A stretch of 64,000 bases of DNA from Octopus vulgaris. Lineage: Eukaryota. The notes under the pieces were generated by a model that worked only from the letters and a program-made list of their open reading frames with translations, was not told the DNA's origin and did not search any database. The position numbers and the translations under genes were made by a program. Shown piece after piece: positions 25,311-38,955 of the stretch (position 1 is its first letter; each line of letters starts with the position of its first letter). The stretch spans positions 12,090,001-12,154,000 of the forward strand of contig OX597816.1 in NCBI GenBank assembly GCA_951406725.2, in the 5' to 3' direction.

Positions 25311-25987
25311 AATATTTGATTACATTTTATTGCCGTTAATGAGATGTTGAAGTTTGACTTTTCCCACTCAGTTATTTAAGCAAAGAAACGAAAGATGGAG
25401 GAGTTTGAGCAGAAGGACAAAACCTAACCAACAACAACAACAACAACAAAAGCATAAACAGCAACAGGAAAACTAACAGCAATAAACACAACAATAAAGA
25501 TGATAATCTCCTTCGTTTATTAGCTTGTAGCACATCAAATTCTCGAGGGAATATTAAAGTATTTGTCTATTGCTAACCAGGACAAAGCGCTATTTCAGAT
25601 ATGGCTGCTTAAATAATAATAAGCCGTCCTTACGTCTATCATTATACACAGAAACCTCAACAAAATGGCCAATTTATTTTAAATTGAAAGACAAATAGTC
25701 AAAGTATAGCATAAATTACAAATCTGGTTAGTGGCTGTCAGGACATAGTACCATTCAAAAATTGGCCAACCTTACTCTTGAAGTGTCTTGGCACCCTTTC
25801 CTTTTTATGGCCCTTTTATTGTTCCCTTTTCTGCCTTTTCGTGTTTTATTCTGTGTAATATGTTTGTTATTTCTAGGTTTTATTGCTGTCTTTCATTACT
25901 TGGCCAACATGGTTGCTTTTTGCCCCATTTTTTAACCTTTTCTGGTGTGTTGTAGTGAGTCAGACACTGTACACAATAAGTTCAATA

Positions 25988-26044
<57 letters not shown>

Positions 26045-26065
26045 GATGGCAAACACTGAGTTGAG

Positions 26066-26758
26066 TTAACCCTTTCATTACCGTATTTATTTTGAGATGC
26101 TCTGTGTTTCTTTCGATTGATTTTAAATATAACAAAGAATTTAGTAAAATAACTTTGTTATCATTCAGCTAGTGTTAGGAACATAAATTGTGGCTAATTG
26201 TGGAAGATTTTAATTTAAAACTTATGGAAACAAAACATGTGTACTACAAAGCCAGAGTTAAAGGGTTAAAAATATCATGGTGACTTTAACCCTTTTGTTA
26301 CCATATTTCTGTTGAGATGCTCTGTGTTTCTTTCAATTACTTTAAATATAACAAAAAATTTAGTAAAATAACTTAGTTATCATTCAGCTAGTGTTAGGAA
26401 CATAAACTGTGATTAAGGTTTGGTGGAAGATTGTAATTCAAAACTTATGAAAACAAGACATGTGTCCTCAGAGCCAGAGGCGGTTTAAGCTGGGTTCGTA
26501 TCAAAAGGGCTAAAATATCATGGTGACTTTAAACATTTTATTACCATATTTATTTTGAGATGCTCTGTGTGTCTTTTAATTAATTTTAAATATAAGAAAG
26601 AGTTTTGTAAAATTATGTAGTTATCATTAAGCTAGTGTTAGGAACATAAATTGTGGCTAAGGTTTGGCGGAAGATTTTGATTCAAAACTTATGAAAATAA
26701 GACATTTGTACTACAGAGCCAGAACCAGTTTCAGCCAGGTTGGTATCGAAAGGATTAA
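26066..26758. mobile_element. Three tandem piggyBac-like MITE copies
   Basis: TTAA-CCCTTT...AAAGGG-TTAA termini (decayed in copies 2 and 3); units separated by the same aatatcatggtgact spacer. Confidence 0.8.
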
Positions 26759-26759
26759 A

Positions 26760-27795
26760 CAGAAAAGCAATAAACAAAATGAAATCTCAACAATGGTTGA
26801 GAAGTTCAGGACTTAAAGCAGAGACTGAAGGACTTTTAATTGTGGCACAAGATCAAAGCCTCCCAATCAGAAACCACCAGAAACACAAAATATTCTTTTA
26901 TTCTTTTACTTGTTTCAGCCATTTGACTGCGACCATACTGGAGCACTGCCTTTAGTCGAGCAAATAAACCCGAGGACTTATCCTTTGTAAGCCTTATTCT
27001 ATCGGTCTCTTTTGCCAATACGGGGACATAAACACACCAGCATCGGTTGTCAAGCAATATTGGAGGGGATGAACACAGACACACAGACATATACATAATG
27101 GAGAAAAATACAATAAATAACTGCAGAATATGTGGAGATGGAGAAGAAACAATAAATCATATTGTCTCTGGTTAACCATTTCTGGTTAAGAATGAATATA
27201 CCTGCAGACATTGCAGAGTTGGGGCCTATATACACTGAAAGCTATGACAACAGAAAAGTGATGGTAGAGGTGTATCCCAGAAAAGGTCTCAAAAAGTAAC
27301 AAAGCAATTATACTCTGGGTTTTGCCAATACACTCAGATAGAGATCAAGGATAATAGGCCAGATATTGTTGTCAGAGATCATCAAGAAACAAAAAATGTC
27401 TTCTAACTGATATATCAATCTCAACAAATGACAATTTATCTCTAAAAGAAATGGAGAAACTCTCAAAGTACCAAGATCTGAAATTAGAAATAACCTGAAT
27501 GTGGAACCTAAAAACAGAAACAATTCCTATCAAATTAGGTGCATTAGGTATGATAAAAAAATAGTCAGACAAATACAAAACAAAAACACCAGGACTTACA
27601 AATATATATAATATATGAAAAATAGCACTGCTAGGCAATGCACACATCCTATGCAAAACACTTTCAATACAGTAAAAATAAGAGCATCACAACAAACCAC
27701 AACACATACCCAAGGCACACTGAGCTGTGCTTGGTAGTGCACTGAAAGCACATGGTAAAAATAAGACAACATGAATGATAATAATAATAATAATA
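26760..27795 (+). pseudogene. R4/Dong-type LINE 3' remnant: zinc knuckle plus PD-(D/E)xK endonuclease, (AAT)n tail; SINE family 2 inserted at ~26893-27095
   Basis: SQQWLRSSGLKAETEGLLIVAQDQSL; CRICGDGEETINHIVSG; DNRPDIVVRD; KEMEKLSKYQDLKLEI; IPIKLGALGMIKK; IALLGNAHIL. Confidence 0.9.
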
Positions 27796-27879
27796 ACACG
27801 AACTTCCAACTTGTTGTCTCTTGAGGTCTCTGGGTGAGACTTGGAGCCAACTTGTACAAATGTAAAGCAAAAGTCAAAC

Positions 27880-27934
<55 letters not shown>

Positions 27935-27949
27935 TAATAATAATAACAA

Positions 27950-28340
27950 TAGTTTCAAATTTTTCCACAAGGGCAGCCCTTTTGGGGGAGGGGATGAGTC
28001 AATTACATCGACCCCAGTGTTCAACTGGTACTTATTTTATTGACCCTGAAAAGATGAAAGGCAAAGTCAACCTCAGTGGAATTTGAACTCAGAACGTAGT
28101 GACGGGCGAAATACTGCTAAGCATTTTGTCCAGCACACTAACAATTCTGCCAGCTCACCACCTTAATAACAATAATAATAATAATAATCCTTTCTACTAT
28201 AGGCACAAGGCCTGAAATTTTGGTGAAGGAGACTAGTCAATTACATTGACCCCAGTTTTTCAAGGTACTTAATTTATCAACCCCCGAAAGGATTAAAGGC
28301 AAAGTCGACCTTGGAGGAATTTAAATTCAGAACGTAAATA
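27950..28340 (-). mobile_element. Two SINE family 1 tail-B copies next to (AAT)n tracts
   Basis: cctttctactataggcacaaggcctgaaattt tail plus shared core. Confidence 0.8.
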
Positions 28341-28863
28341 CAGTAGTACATCTCCAGAGATAGAAGCTGTGCAAAGGCAATAATAATAGAAGTCACTTGT
28401 CCAAGGTGCCACACAGTGGGACTGAACCTGGAACCATGTGGTTGGAAAGCAAGCTTTTTACCACACAGCCACTCCTGTGCCTACATGAATAAAAATAAAT
28501 CCTTACTGAAATTTTTGCAAATTTTCACTGTAACCTCAGAGTGGCGGTCATGTCAGGATGGGCTCATAGGGTTTGAAGGGTTAAAGATAAATGAAGCGCT
28601 ACTAAGCATTTAGTCTGGCGTACTAATGATTCTACCAGCTCATTACCTTAATAATTAGCATTTATTTTTTTTAATGGGATATCTATTTCTGTATAATAAC
28701 AATCCAAACTTGAATACAGGCATAAGCCTGAAAATTCACTGATCTAAGCATATACATACATGTATGCATATGTATATGCATATGATATGTATGTGTATGT
28801 ATACATTTGGGTGAGTAAATGTGTATGTGTAAATATATATATATAAATATATATGTATGTATA

Positions 28864-28896
<33 letters not shown>

Positions 28897-29027
28897 GAAT
28901 ATATATCATCATCATCATTACCATTTAATGTCTGCTTTCCATGCTAGCATGGATATACATATATACATATATATATATACATACATTATATATATATATA
29001 TATATATACACATATATATACATATAC

Positions 29028-29060
<33 letters not shown>

Positions 29061-29729
29061 TATACACATATATATATACATATATATATGTATGTATGTA
29101 TATATATATGTCTGTGTGTGTGTGTTTGTATGTATATATTTATTTATGTACTGTTTTGTCTGTATTCATTTGTGCATACATTACATTGCATGCCTCCATA
29201 AGAAGGAGAAAGAGAGAAAGAGAGAGAGAGAGAGAGGGGGAAAGAGAGAGAGGGAGAGAGAGAGAGAGAAGGGGAGGGTGTAGATCTTTTCTTTTTTTTT
29301 CTCCAGTATTAGATTGCATTCGAAATTGTAGGTGTTAAATTTGGAGAAATAATATTCCAAGATGGCAAAACACATTCGAAAGATCATGTTAAAATGTAAA
29401 TCAGGTTCTGTTATTAAAATTGAAAAGAAAATGATCAGTTAAGCAACACGAGAGTGGCAGAGAAATATATGAATAGAAAAGAGAGAAAGAAATAGGGAAA
29501 GAGAGAGAGAGAGAGAAAGAGAGAAAGAGATGGAGAGAGAGAGAGAAGGAGACAGAGTGAGCAAGGTATCCGTTGGGATTCTGCATATAGAATATATTCC
29601 TCCGAAATGTGATTGCTATGTTACATTGTAAATTTAGTAATTTTAAGGAGATAAACATATAAAACATCTATGTAAATAAAAGCACCTTTTTTTGTTTTGT
29701 GTTTTTTTTTTTGCTGATATGAATTTGTG

Positions 29730-29731
29730 TT

Positions 29732-29775
<44 letters not shown>

Positions 29776-30055
29776 TATCATCACTTTTATTATCATCATT
29801 GTTATTTTTATTATCATTTGTTGTTATTTCTATCATCGTATTTATCGGCATCATCATCACCATCAACATCATCATCATCATTAATACTATCATCATCATC
29901 ATCATCATTACCATCACCATCATCATCATCATCACCACCATCATCATTATTATAATTATTATCATTTTCCTTCTTATCACTTACTGATTCTTGTTACTGT
30001 CCCTTTCTTATCATTAATATCATTATCATCATCATCCTCATTATCATTATTATTG

Positions 30056-30114
<59 letters not shown>

Positions 30115-30470
30115 ATTCTTTATTATTATTACCATTATTCTTATTATTATGATGATCATAGCATCATCATCAGCATCATCAATATTGTCATTGTTATTAT
30201 ACTCCTACTACTACTACCACCACCACCACCACCACTACTACCACCACCACCACCACCACCACAACCACCACCACCACCACCACCACGACTACTACTTCTA
30301 CCACCACCACCACGACTACTACTACTACTTCTACTACTACTTGCTCATGAGTATCATCATCATCATCATCAATATTGTCATTAATATTATTATTATCACT
30401 ATTATTGTTGTTGTAATTATTTCTCTTATTTTTCTCGTGAACATCATCATCATCATCATCATCATCCTTA
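29730..30470. repeat. Compound (CAT)/(TAT)/(CAC)/(TAC) microsatellite field
   Basis: Read directly. Confidence 0.9.
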
Positions 30471-31031
30471 GCCATCCTCACTACCAGTTTGTGCACTGTT
30501 AGCTTTTGCCGTTACACACACCGATATTCTCCTCTCTAAAAACAAAACAAAAAGATACATATATATAAGAAAATATTTATCGTTCAACATAATCATCTGG
30601 AGGATTGCAACAGGAACAAGAAGAAGAAAAAGAATCTAGAAATATCAATATGTACTTCATATTTGCACAGAGATATTCCCATTAGGAGAATAATACGAAT
30701 CAATGAAGGTTATCATAGAAATGGAGGGTCTCTAATAAGTAATATTACATTAGCTATAGAGCAGAATTGGTGGAGCGTTGGAAGTATCTTATATGTTGGC
30801 ATATCAGATGACCCTTTGTAGCTTAAAAATAAATATGTGGAATATGCAGAAGATATAAATCAATCACGACTAGCAAAGCCTGGAAATCTGAAAATTAAAG
30901 GAATGAAGGAATGAATGTACTTTCATTATTTAACATCCGTGTTTCCCTGCTGGCATGAGTTAGACTATGTTTTATAGTCTGGACATATATATGTATATAT
31001 ATTTATATATATATATATATATTTATATATA

Positions 31032-31419
31032 TCTTTATATATAAAAGAGAGGTTGTGTGCTGTCTGTCTCCTACGATTTAGATTCCTAACTACTCCCACA
31101 TTTTGCGGTGCAGTTTAACCAAACTTATAGTCGTGATTCATATCGAGCCCTTCTGGGTATTAGCACGCGTCTACGATGAGTCTACGATTTAAAAAAAAAT
31201 TTACCATCAATCTTTCCCATTTTTTAATGCATTTTTGGCATATATAAAGGAAGAAACTCTCTAAAAATTTATTATTAAATCTCAGAACGTAAAAAACTAC
31301 AGTAACCCCCCCCCTTTGTGGTTAGCCATATCGAGATGGCTATTATACTTTACATCTCTAAAAATGCTTATATAGTTATTTCCCTTACAAACCCAAGCAA
31401 AGCCGGGTGATACTGCTAG
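31032..31419 (+). mobile_element. Non-autonomous Helitron-like element
   Basis: A|TC 5' end (tctttatatataaaag), sub-terminal GC hairpin cccaagcaaagccggg, CTAG|T 3' end, no TSD. Confidence 0.8.
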
Positions 31420-31514
31420 TATATATATATATATGGAATGTTTGTCTTGAACTCCTGTGGTGTTTAGCAAGTTTTTTAGCATCGGGGATGGTCGATGATA
31501 GGCTAAACCCCTCC

Positions 31515-31815
31515 TGATAATGATGATTATGTTGATGATGATAATGATGATGATGATGATGACGATGACGACAATGATGATGATGGTGATGACGATGATG
31601 ACGACGATGATCATGAGGATGATGGCAATAACAATGATGATGTTGATGATGATGACGATGATGATGATGATGATGATGATGATAATGATGATGATGACGA
31701 CAATCATGACGATGATGATGATAATGATGACGGCAACAATAATGCTAATGATGACAATGATGATGATGATGACAGCAATGATGATAATGACAATGTTGAT
31801 GATGATGATGATGAA
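31515..31815. repeat. (GAT)n degenerate microsatellite
   Basis: Read directly. Confidence 0.9.
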
Positions 31816-31818
31816 GAT

Positions 31819-32168
31819 GCTTTCTTTTATTGGCCACAATGGCCCAAGACATGGGGGGCAATATCGAATGACAAGTTACAGCACACAAAAAAAAAATTAC
31901 AAAAACATGGAGTTAGCATCAATCAAGGGGAGATACTACCACATTAAAGTATATAACAGAGGATATATAATAGAAAGTAGAGAAATAAATAATAAATAAG
32001 CAAATAAATTGAGTCCCTTATAGCAGGGCAGTCCACTTAGGGTAATTTGGGGGTAAACCTCACATGAAAATCCAGGGTTACTCTGCCATCTCCAAGGTAT
32101 GGGAAAGTTCCCTCTTCCAGTTTCTTTCCTCCTGCTTAGAAAAGCATATTCAGAGTAGATCCATTCAA
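31819..32168 (-). mobile_element. Probable LINE 3' end (L1/Tx1-like, tentative)
   Basis: Minus: short ORF end NGSTLNMLF*, then a UTR ending tgccccccatgtcttgggccattgtggccaataaaagaaa. Confidence 0.35.
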
Positions 32169-32387
32169 ATAATCCTTTCTACTAAAGGCACAAGGCCTGA
32201 AATTTGGTCGGTGGGGGACCAGCCGATTACATCAACCCCAGTATGCAACTGGTACTCAATTTATCGACCCTGAAAGGATGAAACGCAAAAATCAACCTCA
32301 GTTGAATTTGAACTCAGAACATCAAGGCAGATGAAAGGCCACTAAGAATTTCGCCCGGCATGCTAGCGATTCTGCCAGCTTACCAAT

Positions 32388-32548
32388 ACCTTGTGATCAT
32401 AATATTGTGCAAAAAGAATTTGACAAGATCAGAAAATAAAAAGACCAGCTCATTGAAAGATAAAAACATGTGGTTTTTCAAGGCAATTACAGTACCAATG
32501 ATTTGTAGGGGTACTAACGAATGATCAAAAAAAGTAGTGAAGATTACA
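32388..32548 (+). pseudogene. R4/Dong-type endonuclease fragment
   Basis: PCDHNIVQKEFDKIRK*KDQLIE...MWFFKAITVPM. Confidence 0.65.
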
Positions 32549-32835
32549 GTTCTATATTTAAGAGATGAGGAATTATGTACATTATTTACATTTGACGGAT
32601 ATTTGTCCTCATCTTGTTTGTTGTTAACACGACGTTTCGGCTGATATACCCTCCAGCCTTCATCAGGTGTCTTGGGGGATATTTCGAACCTGGGGTCTCA
32701 TTCCTAAGGTATTTTTCAATGTTATCATTATTATTATTATTATCATCATCATCATCATTATCATTATTATTATCATTATCATTATTATTATTAGTATTAT
32801 TATTACTCAGGTCACTGCCTGGAATCAAACTTGGA
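32548..32835 (-). mobile_element. Family A element (B-box-like head remnant, (AAT/GAT)n, hammerhead tail)
   Basis: Homology to other family A copies. Confidence 0.85.
32626..32671 (-). ncRNA. Intact-looking minimal type-I hammerhead motif
   Basis: Minus: gacac CTGATGA a ggctg gagggtatat cagcc GAAAC GTC gtgtt; stem III reduced to palindromic ACGT. Confidence 0.8.
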
Positions 32836-34243
32836 ATTATTTATAAATTGTGATTTTTTTTTCTCAATTTCTTTTGTCCTTGTTTTTTGAAGTTTGAAAA
32901 TTTAATCTGTATTCATATTGTACTTATCATTCATGAATATTTTCTACTATAGGAACAAGGCCTGAAATTTGATGGGAGGGGCCAGTCAATTAGATCGACC
33001 CAGTATACAACTAGTACTTAATTTATTGACCCTGAAAGGATGAAAGGCAAAGTTGACCTCAGCAGCATTTGAACTCAGAACATAAAGACAAATGAAATAT
33101 TGCTAAGCATGTTATCATTATTATTATTATTATCATTATTAATACCGCTAGGCGTTTTGCCCAGCATGCTAACTATTCTGCCAGCTTGCCACCTTTTCCT
33201 TGACTCCATAGGTCTTCTCAAGCACAGCATATTGCTCTGATATTTCTAGAGAAAATTCTATGTTCCATGCGGTGGTAAACTATTTTATAATGTTACCTGT
33301 ATGGAAAACAGCAATCAAGTAGTGCTATTGGGCTTAATGTAGAGAGTAAAATGCATCAAATTTATTAATTAATTGCTAAAATCAGATTAAAATAATATTA
33401 GTCATCAAACTAATGTTTTATTCATCTCACTGCATAAATATTACTAATTAATTTTAGTTTTTTTTCTCCAGCACTACATTAAGTATAATGGCTCCAACCA
33501 TCATATTCTCTAATATTAACCTGGTAATGGAAATGGAATTAGACTACAATTACTGCTGCATTGGTAATTGTGTTGTTTCAATTCTGTTCTATTTGTATTA
33601 AGGAATGGAGTTTATAGATTTCTTGCCAACAACTCTATGTAACAGATCGATGTAAACATTGTGAGTTTATTATTGTTGTAATATCCTCATGGACAGAAGG
33701 GGGTAAGCTGGAGGAAATGTTAGCACACTGGGTTAAATGCTTAGCGACATTTCAGTTGTCTTTGCATTCTGAGTTCAAATTTCACTGAGGTCAACTTTGC
33801 CTTTTATCCTTTCAGGGTCAATTAAATTAAGTACCAGTTGCATACTGTGGTTGATCTAATCGACTGGCCCACTTCTCCAAAATTTCGGGCTTTGTGCATA
33901 GAGTAGAAACGAAATGTTTAGCAGCATTTCATGTCTTTATGTTCTGAGTTCAAATTCTGCCGAGGTCAACTTTGCCTTTCATCCTTTTGGGGGTCGATTA
34001 AATAACCATATTCAGGGACCTTTTGAGCGAGATGGGTTATTTGACCAGAAGAAAATTCTAACTGGGCCCCACCTGCAAGGTCATACGCTGTTTATCTTGA
34101 TTTGAGATCACCATGTTTCGCACATGTGGTTGTGATGCATGTGCCTGGTGTACCCTTATCAGACGGGTAGTCACGATGGGTATGCTGGGCTTCGTATATT
34201 TTACCCCAGTGTCACTTTGATGGCATGCACTGCTCTCTCACTC

Positions 34244-34279
<36 letters not shown>

Positions 34280-34283
<4 letters not shown>

Positions 34284-34435
34284 TCGAGAAATACCTAAGG
34301 AATGAGAATCCAAGTTCGAAATTTCCCCAAGACACCTGATGACGGCTGGAGGGTATATCAGCCAAAACATTGTGTTAACAACAAACAAGATGAGGACAAA
34401 TTTCCATCAAATGTAAATAATGTAAATAATGTAAT
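34280..34435 (+). mobile_element. Family A tail; hammerhead with GAAA mutated to AAAA
   Basis: gacacctgatgacggctggagggtatatcagccaaaacattgtgtt. Confidence 0.8.
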
Positions 34436-34704
34436 AAATAATTGACAAGTATTTTAGAATAGGAAGTTACTTTTCACTCACCCCGTATACTTTCTAGCTA
34501 CCCCTATATATATAGGCAGATGTAAACACCTTGTCTTCTTTATATGTTTTATCTTCACAGACATTTACAAATACATTCTGTAATACTGGATAACATTTAA
34601 ATATCAGAGTCTTTACATTATGAGAATTTAGAAACTTCGAAACAGATCAAGTGAATTATTTTTTCATAGTAGGACTCAAAATATTTAAAACTACATCAAC
34701 TATC

Positions 34705-35095
34705 GGCGCAGGAGTGGCTGTGTGGTAAGTAGCTTGCTAACCAACCACGTGGTTCTGGGTTCAGTCCCACTGCGTGGCATCTTGGGCAAGTGTCTTCTGC
34801 TATAGCCCCGGGCCGACCAATGACTGGATTTGGTAGACAGAAACTGAAAGAAGACTGTCGTATATATGTATATATATATATGTGTGTGTGTGTTTGTGTG
34901 TGTGTGTTTGTCCCCCTACCATTGCTTGACAACCGATGCTGGTGTGTTTACGTCCCCGTCACTTTTCGGTTCGGCAAAAGAGACCGATAGAATAAGTACT
35001 GGGCTTACAAAGAATAAGTCCCAGGGTCGATTTGCTCGACTAAAGGCGGTTCTCCAGCATGGCCGCAGTCAAATGACTGAAACAAGTAAAAAAAA
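34705..35095 (+). mobile_element. Near full-length SINE family 2 copy
   Basis: ggcgcaggagtggctgtgtggtaag (A-box-like), gggttcagtccc (B-box-like), tail ggccgcagtcaaatgactgaaacaagtaaaa. Confidence 0.9.
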
Positions 35096-35607
35096 AACCC
35101 TATGTCTTTGCATGTATTGCCAGAAACAGCCAGGTTCCTTTCTCTAACATTTTGCATAGCTCAACCTATGCAAGTTAGTGTGTGATAAAACAAAATAGGA
35201 ATTTTGAAAGAAGTTTCTATAAAACTAGTTTCTGCACATCGAATGATTTGGGGGTCCACTGGAATGAAATAATAATCAAAGGGGTCCATAGGTAAAAAAT
35301 GGTTGAGAACCCCTACTCTAACCTCTTGCCTGGCACACAGCCACTTCTCTTGGTTCCACTCCCTCTCTCGGGTGAAAGGGCCTTGTCTTGCAAGCCACAT
35401 AGTGACCCCATGGGTGTTGAAACCCCATAAAAAACACTGGGGATTGTGTCACATAAAAAGCATCCATTACGCTGTAAAGTGGTTGGCATTAGGAAGGGCA
35501 TCCAGCAGTAGAAAACATGCCAAAACAGACAACTGGGTCCTGGTGCAACTCTCTGGCTTGCTAGCTCCTTTCAAACTGTCCAACATAGAAAAACAAATGT
35601 TAAAGGA

Positions 35608-35616
35608 TCATGATGG

Positions 35617-35651
<35 letters not shown>

Positions 35652-35763
35652 GGGGTGGTAGTGGTGGGGGTGGCAGTGGTGGAGATGGTTGTGGTGGTGG
35701 TGGTGGTGGTGGTGATGAGGTTGATGATGATGAAGATGATGGTGATGACGATGATAATAATGT

Positions 35764-35798
<35 letters not shown>

Positions 35799-35995
35799 GT
35801 GATGATAACAATGATGTTGATGATGATGATGATGGTGATGATGGTGATGATGATGATGGTGGTGATAACGATGATGGGGATGATGGTGATGATGATGATG
35901 GTGGTGATAACAATGATGATGATGATGATGACGACAACGACGATGATGACATTGATGATGATGACAAAGATGATGATGATGATAATCATGATAAT
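35608..35995. repeat. (GAT)n/(GGT)n microsatellite continuing the tail of a SINE family 3 copy
   Basis: Follows aaatgttaaaggatcatgatg. Confidence 0.9.
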
Positions 35996-36169
35996 GTTTA
36001 ATGCGTTGAAATAGTCTTCAGTTTGAAGGGGAAGAGGGCTGAGGAGGAGTGATAAGGTAGCGTGTTGGGGTGGGGTGGGGGTTGCGAGTGTGAAGGAAGA
36101 TGTTTTCACAGTGATGCGTTTGAATTAACTGTTAAGACATATTGTAAGGAAGCTGAGAGGATGTGGAGT

Positions 36170-36532
36170 TGTTGGGAGAGGAAGAAGAGATGGTGATGGG
36201 GAGAGGAAGAGGGAGAAGGTGCGAGAGAGCGTGAGTGGGTGGTGGTAAGAGGTTGGGGAAAGGAAAGTGAAAGAGAGAGAGAGAAGGGGAGAGTGTGTGT
36301 GTTTGTGTTGAAATGAAGTTTGAGAGATGGAAGAGAGATTACGGATGCTGAGTTAAATTGGGAGATGAGAACCAGTGATAAGAAGCAGGAGAGAGGGGGA
36401 GAGGGAGGGAGAGGGAAAGAAATATAGAGAGAGGAATGGGGGAGGGGAGACAGAGAGAGAGAGGGGGGGAAAGGAGAGAGAGAGAAAGAGAGAGAAACAG
36501 ATAGATAGATTGATAGCTAGCTAGACTGATAA

Positions 36533-36585
<53 letters not shown>

Positions 36586-36696
36586 GGGACAGAGAGGGAG
36601 AAACAAATAGATAGATTGATAGGTAGCTAGACTGATAGAGAGAGAGAGAGAGAGAAACAGATAGATAGATAGATTGATAAATAGCTAGACTGATAG

Positions 36697-36740
<44 letters not shown>

Positions 36741-36874
36741 TGAGAGAGAGAAAACTACAAAGAAAGACAAAAAGAGATAGATAGACAGAGAGATAAAGAG
36801 AGAGAAAAAGAGAGAAAGAAAGAGAGAGAGACAGATGGATTGATAGCTTGCTAGACTGATAGATAGATGGATAG

Positions 36875-36911
<37 letters not shown>

Positions 36912-37075
36912 ATAACAAAGAAAGAGTGTGAGTTAGAAAGAGAAAGAAAGACAGAAAGAGAAAGACTGACGGATAGAGAGGGAAAGAGAAAGAGACAGAA
37001 AGAGACAGATAGATTGATTGATAGATAGAGAGACAGAGAGAGACCAAGAAAGAAAGAGGGAGAGAGAAATGCATA
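36170..37075. repeat. Purine-rich (GA)n/(GATA)n field with repeated tagctagactgata blocks
   Basis: Read directly. Confidence 0.9.
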
Positions 37076-38097
37076 GAAAGTGTTCAGTAAAGTAAAAGGT
37101 TAAGTAAATTATAGTAAATAGGGATCATTAGCGAGGGGAGAAGGGAGAGGATAGGGAATTTGAGAGAATAGAGAATAAAGAAGAAGGAGTCGTGTGTGGG
37201 TGGTAGCAGAGGTAGGTTAATAAAACAAACAAACAAGAAGAAGAAATATATAAGAGAAGAGAAAAGCGTAGTAAAGTAAGATGGAGATTAAGCGAGAGAT
37301 AAGTTTTGAAAGCTTTCCTGGAACAACATGATTGCAAAGAAGAGAATGTTTTCTAAACTGCAAAATCTAGAAGCAGTTGTTGCGAAAATGGTGTGTGCAC
37401 TCTAGCAAACAAGATCACATTTGCAGATAGATCGAATTTGTTGCTTGTAGTTTTAATCTTTACAAGATACACTTGTACATGTAAGCAAAGGTTTTAGGTA
37501 TGTGTATATGTGTGTGTGTTTTTGCTTTTACTGCGTTTTATTTCATTTTGTTTAATTATATTTATTTATCCATTTATTTTCGCTTTTTCCTCCAATGGAA
37601 TCAACTGTAGAATTATTGGGAGCCAGCAAACGTTCTATAGTTGTCTTTCGAAGTATATTGAATTAAAAAGAAAAGCAAGCAAGAATTTTCACCCCTATTT
37701 CTTTCCAAGAATCTTCCTCTTACTGACTGACAAGTTCAGAATGATGGAATAAATTTCACAAATAATCTTATTTTAACTCTGTAGGATGGCTATTTGTTCC
37801 GAAGCAGATTATTGGTAAACAGTCGGATAAATGTAAGGAAATATCAAAATATTGGAAACATTGATAAGAATCGGTGTGGCAAATGCATTTTCTGTTAATG
37901 TATTAAACAGGTTTCCTTTTCATATGCACCAATTTATTTACTGAGGAAATATTTTAGCTGATTAAAAAGAAGGAAAGAAAAAAGAAGGAAAGAAAAAAGA
38001 AGGAAACCGAAGAATGACTTTTTCTTTCTTCATAATGTATATATTACACATGAGCAGAAGCTACTTTAATACTGTCACTCACTCAACTGTTGATGTA

Positions 38098-38721
38098 ACT
38101 GTTCTACATTTAAGAGATGAGGAATTATGAACACTATTTACATTTGATGGATATTTGTCCTCATATTGTTTGTTGTTAACACAACGCTTCGGCTGATTTA
38201 CCCTCCAGCCTTCATCAGGTGTCTTGGGGAAATTTCAAACCTGGGTTCTCATTCCTAAGCCATTTTTTCGATGTTATTATTATTTTTTTTTTTTTTCTTC
38301 AAATTTTCTTCCATTTCTCACCAAGTGTTTTCCATACACCTAGGGCAGAGAAGCTCATTGTGTGCATTCCCATATTACACACATAAATTCACAGGTAAAA
38401 TAAGTATTTAAAAAATTATTGAATAAATTCATGAATGGATGTTGTTTTCACAGCGATAGTGCTCTTCTCGATACATGAGTTGTTCCAGTTAACATGATTT
38501 TTCGCACTTCCTGTAGGGATGGTAAGCCTGGTATCATTTTCAAATAGGTTTCAGTACCTTTTTTTATCCTTCTTAGAGATCCTACAATCACTTATTAATA
38601 CTATTGTTATTATTATTATTCAGGTCACTGCCTGGAATCGAACTCAGAATCTTTGGGTTAGTAACCTGTGCACTTAACCACTACTAACCCCAAGATTCTG
38701 AGTTTGATTTCAGGCAGTGAA

Positions 38722-38762
<41 letters not shown>

Positions 38763-38902
38763 TACTACTGAGTTTGTTTTAAGAACGAACTACTGAGTTT
38801 GGTTTAATGGCCTACCAATGTATGCTATGAGTTTCTTTGCCCTAGGAGTCGGGAAGACACTCGGCAAGAAATGGAAGCAGATTTGAAAGAAGAAAAAAAA
38901 AA

Positions 38903-38955
<53 letters not shown>

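Noticed and set aside
35303-36001. 232-aa Asp/Gly-rich ORF resembling an acidic shell-matrix protein (similar ORFs at 17898-18605 and 1253-1690)
   Set aside because: The N-terminus is SINE sequence and the rest is a (GAT)n tail expansion open in several frames; no signal peptide or splice support
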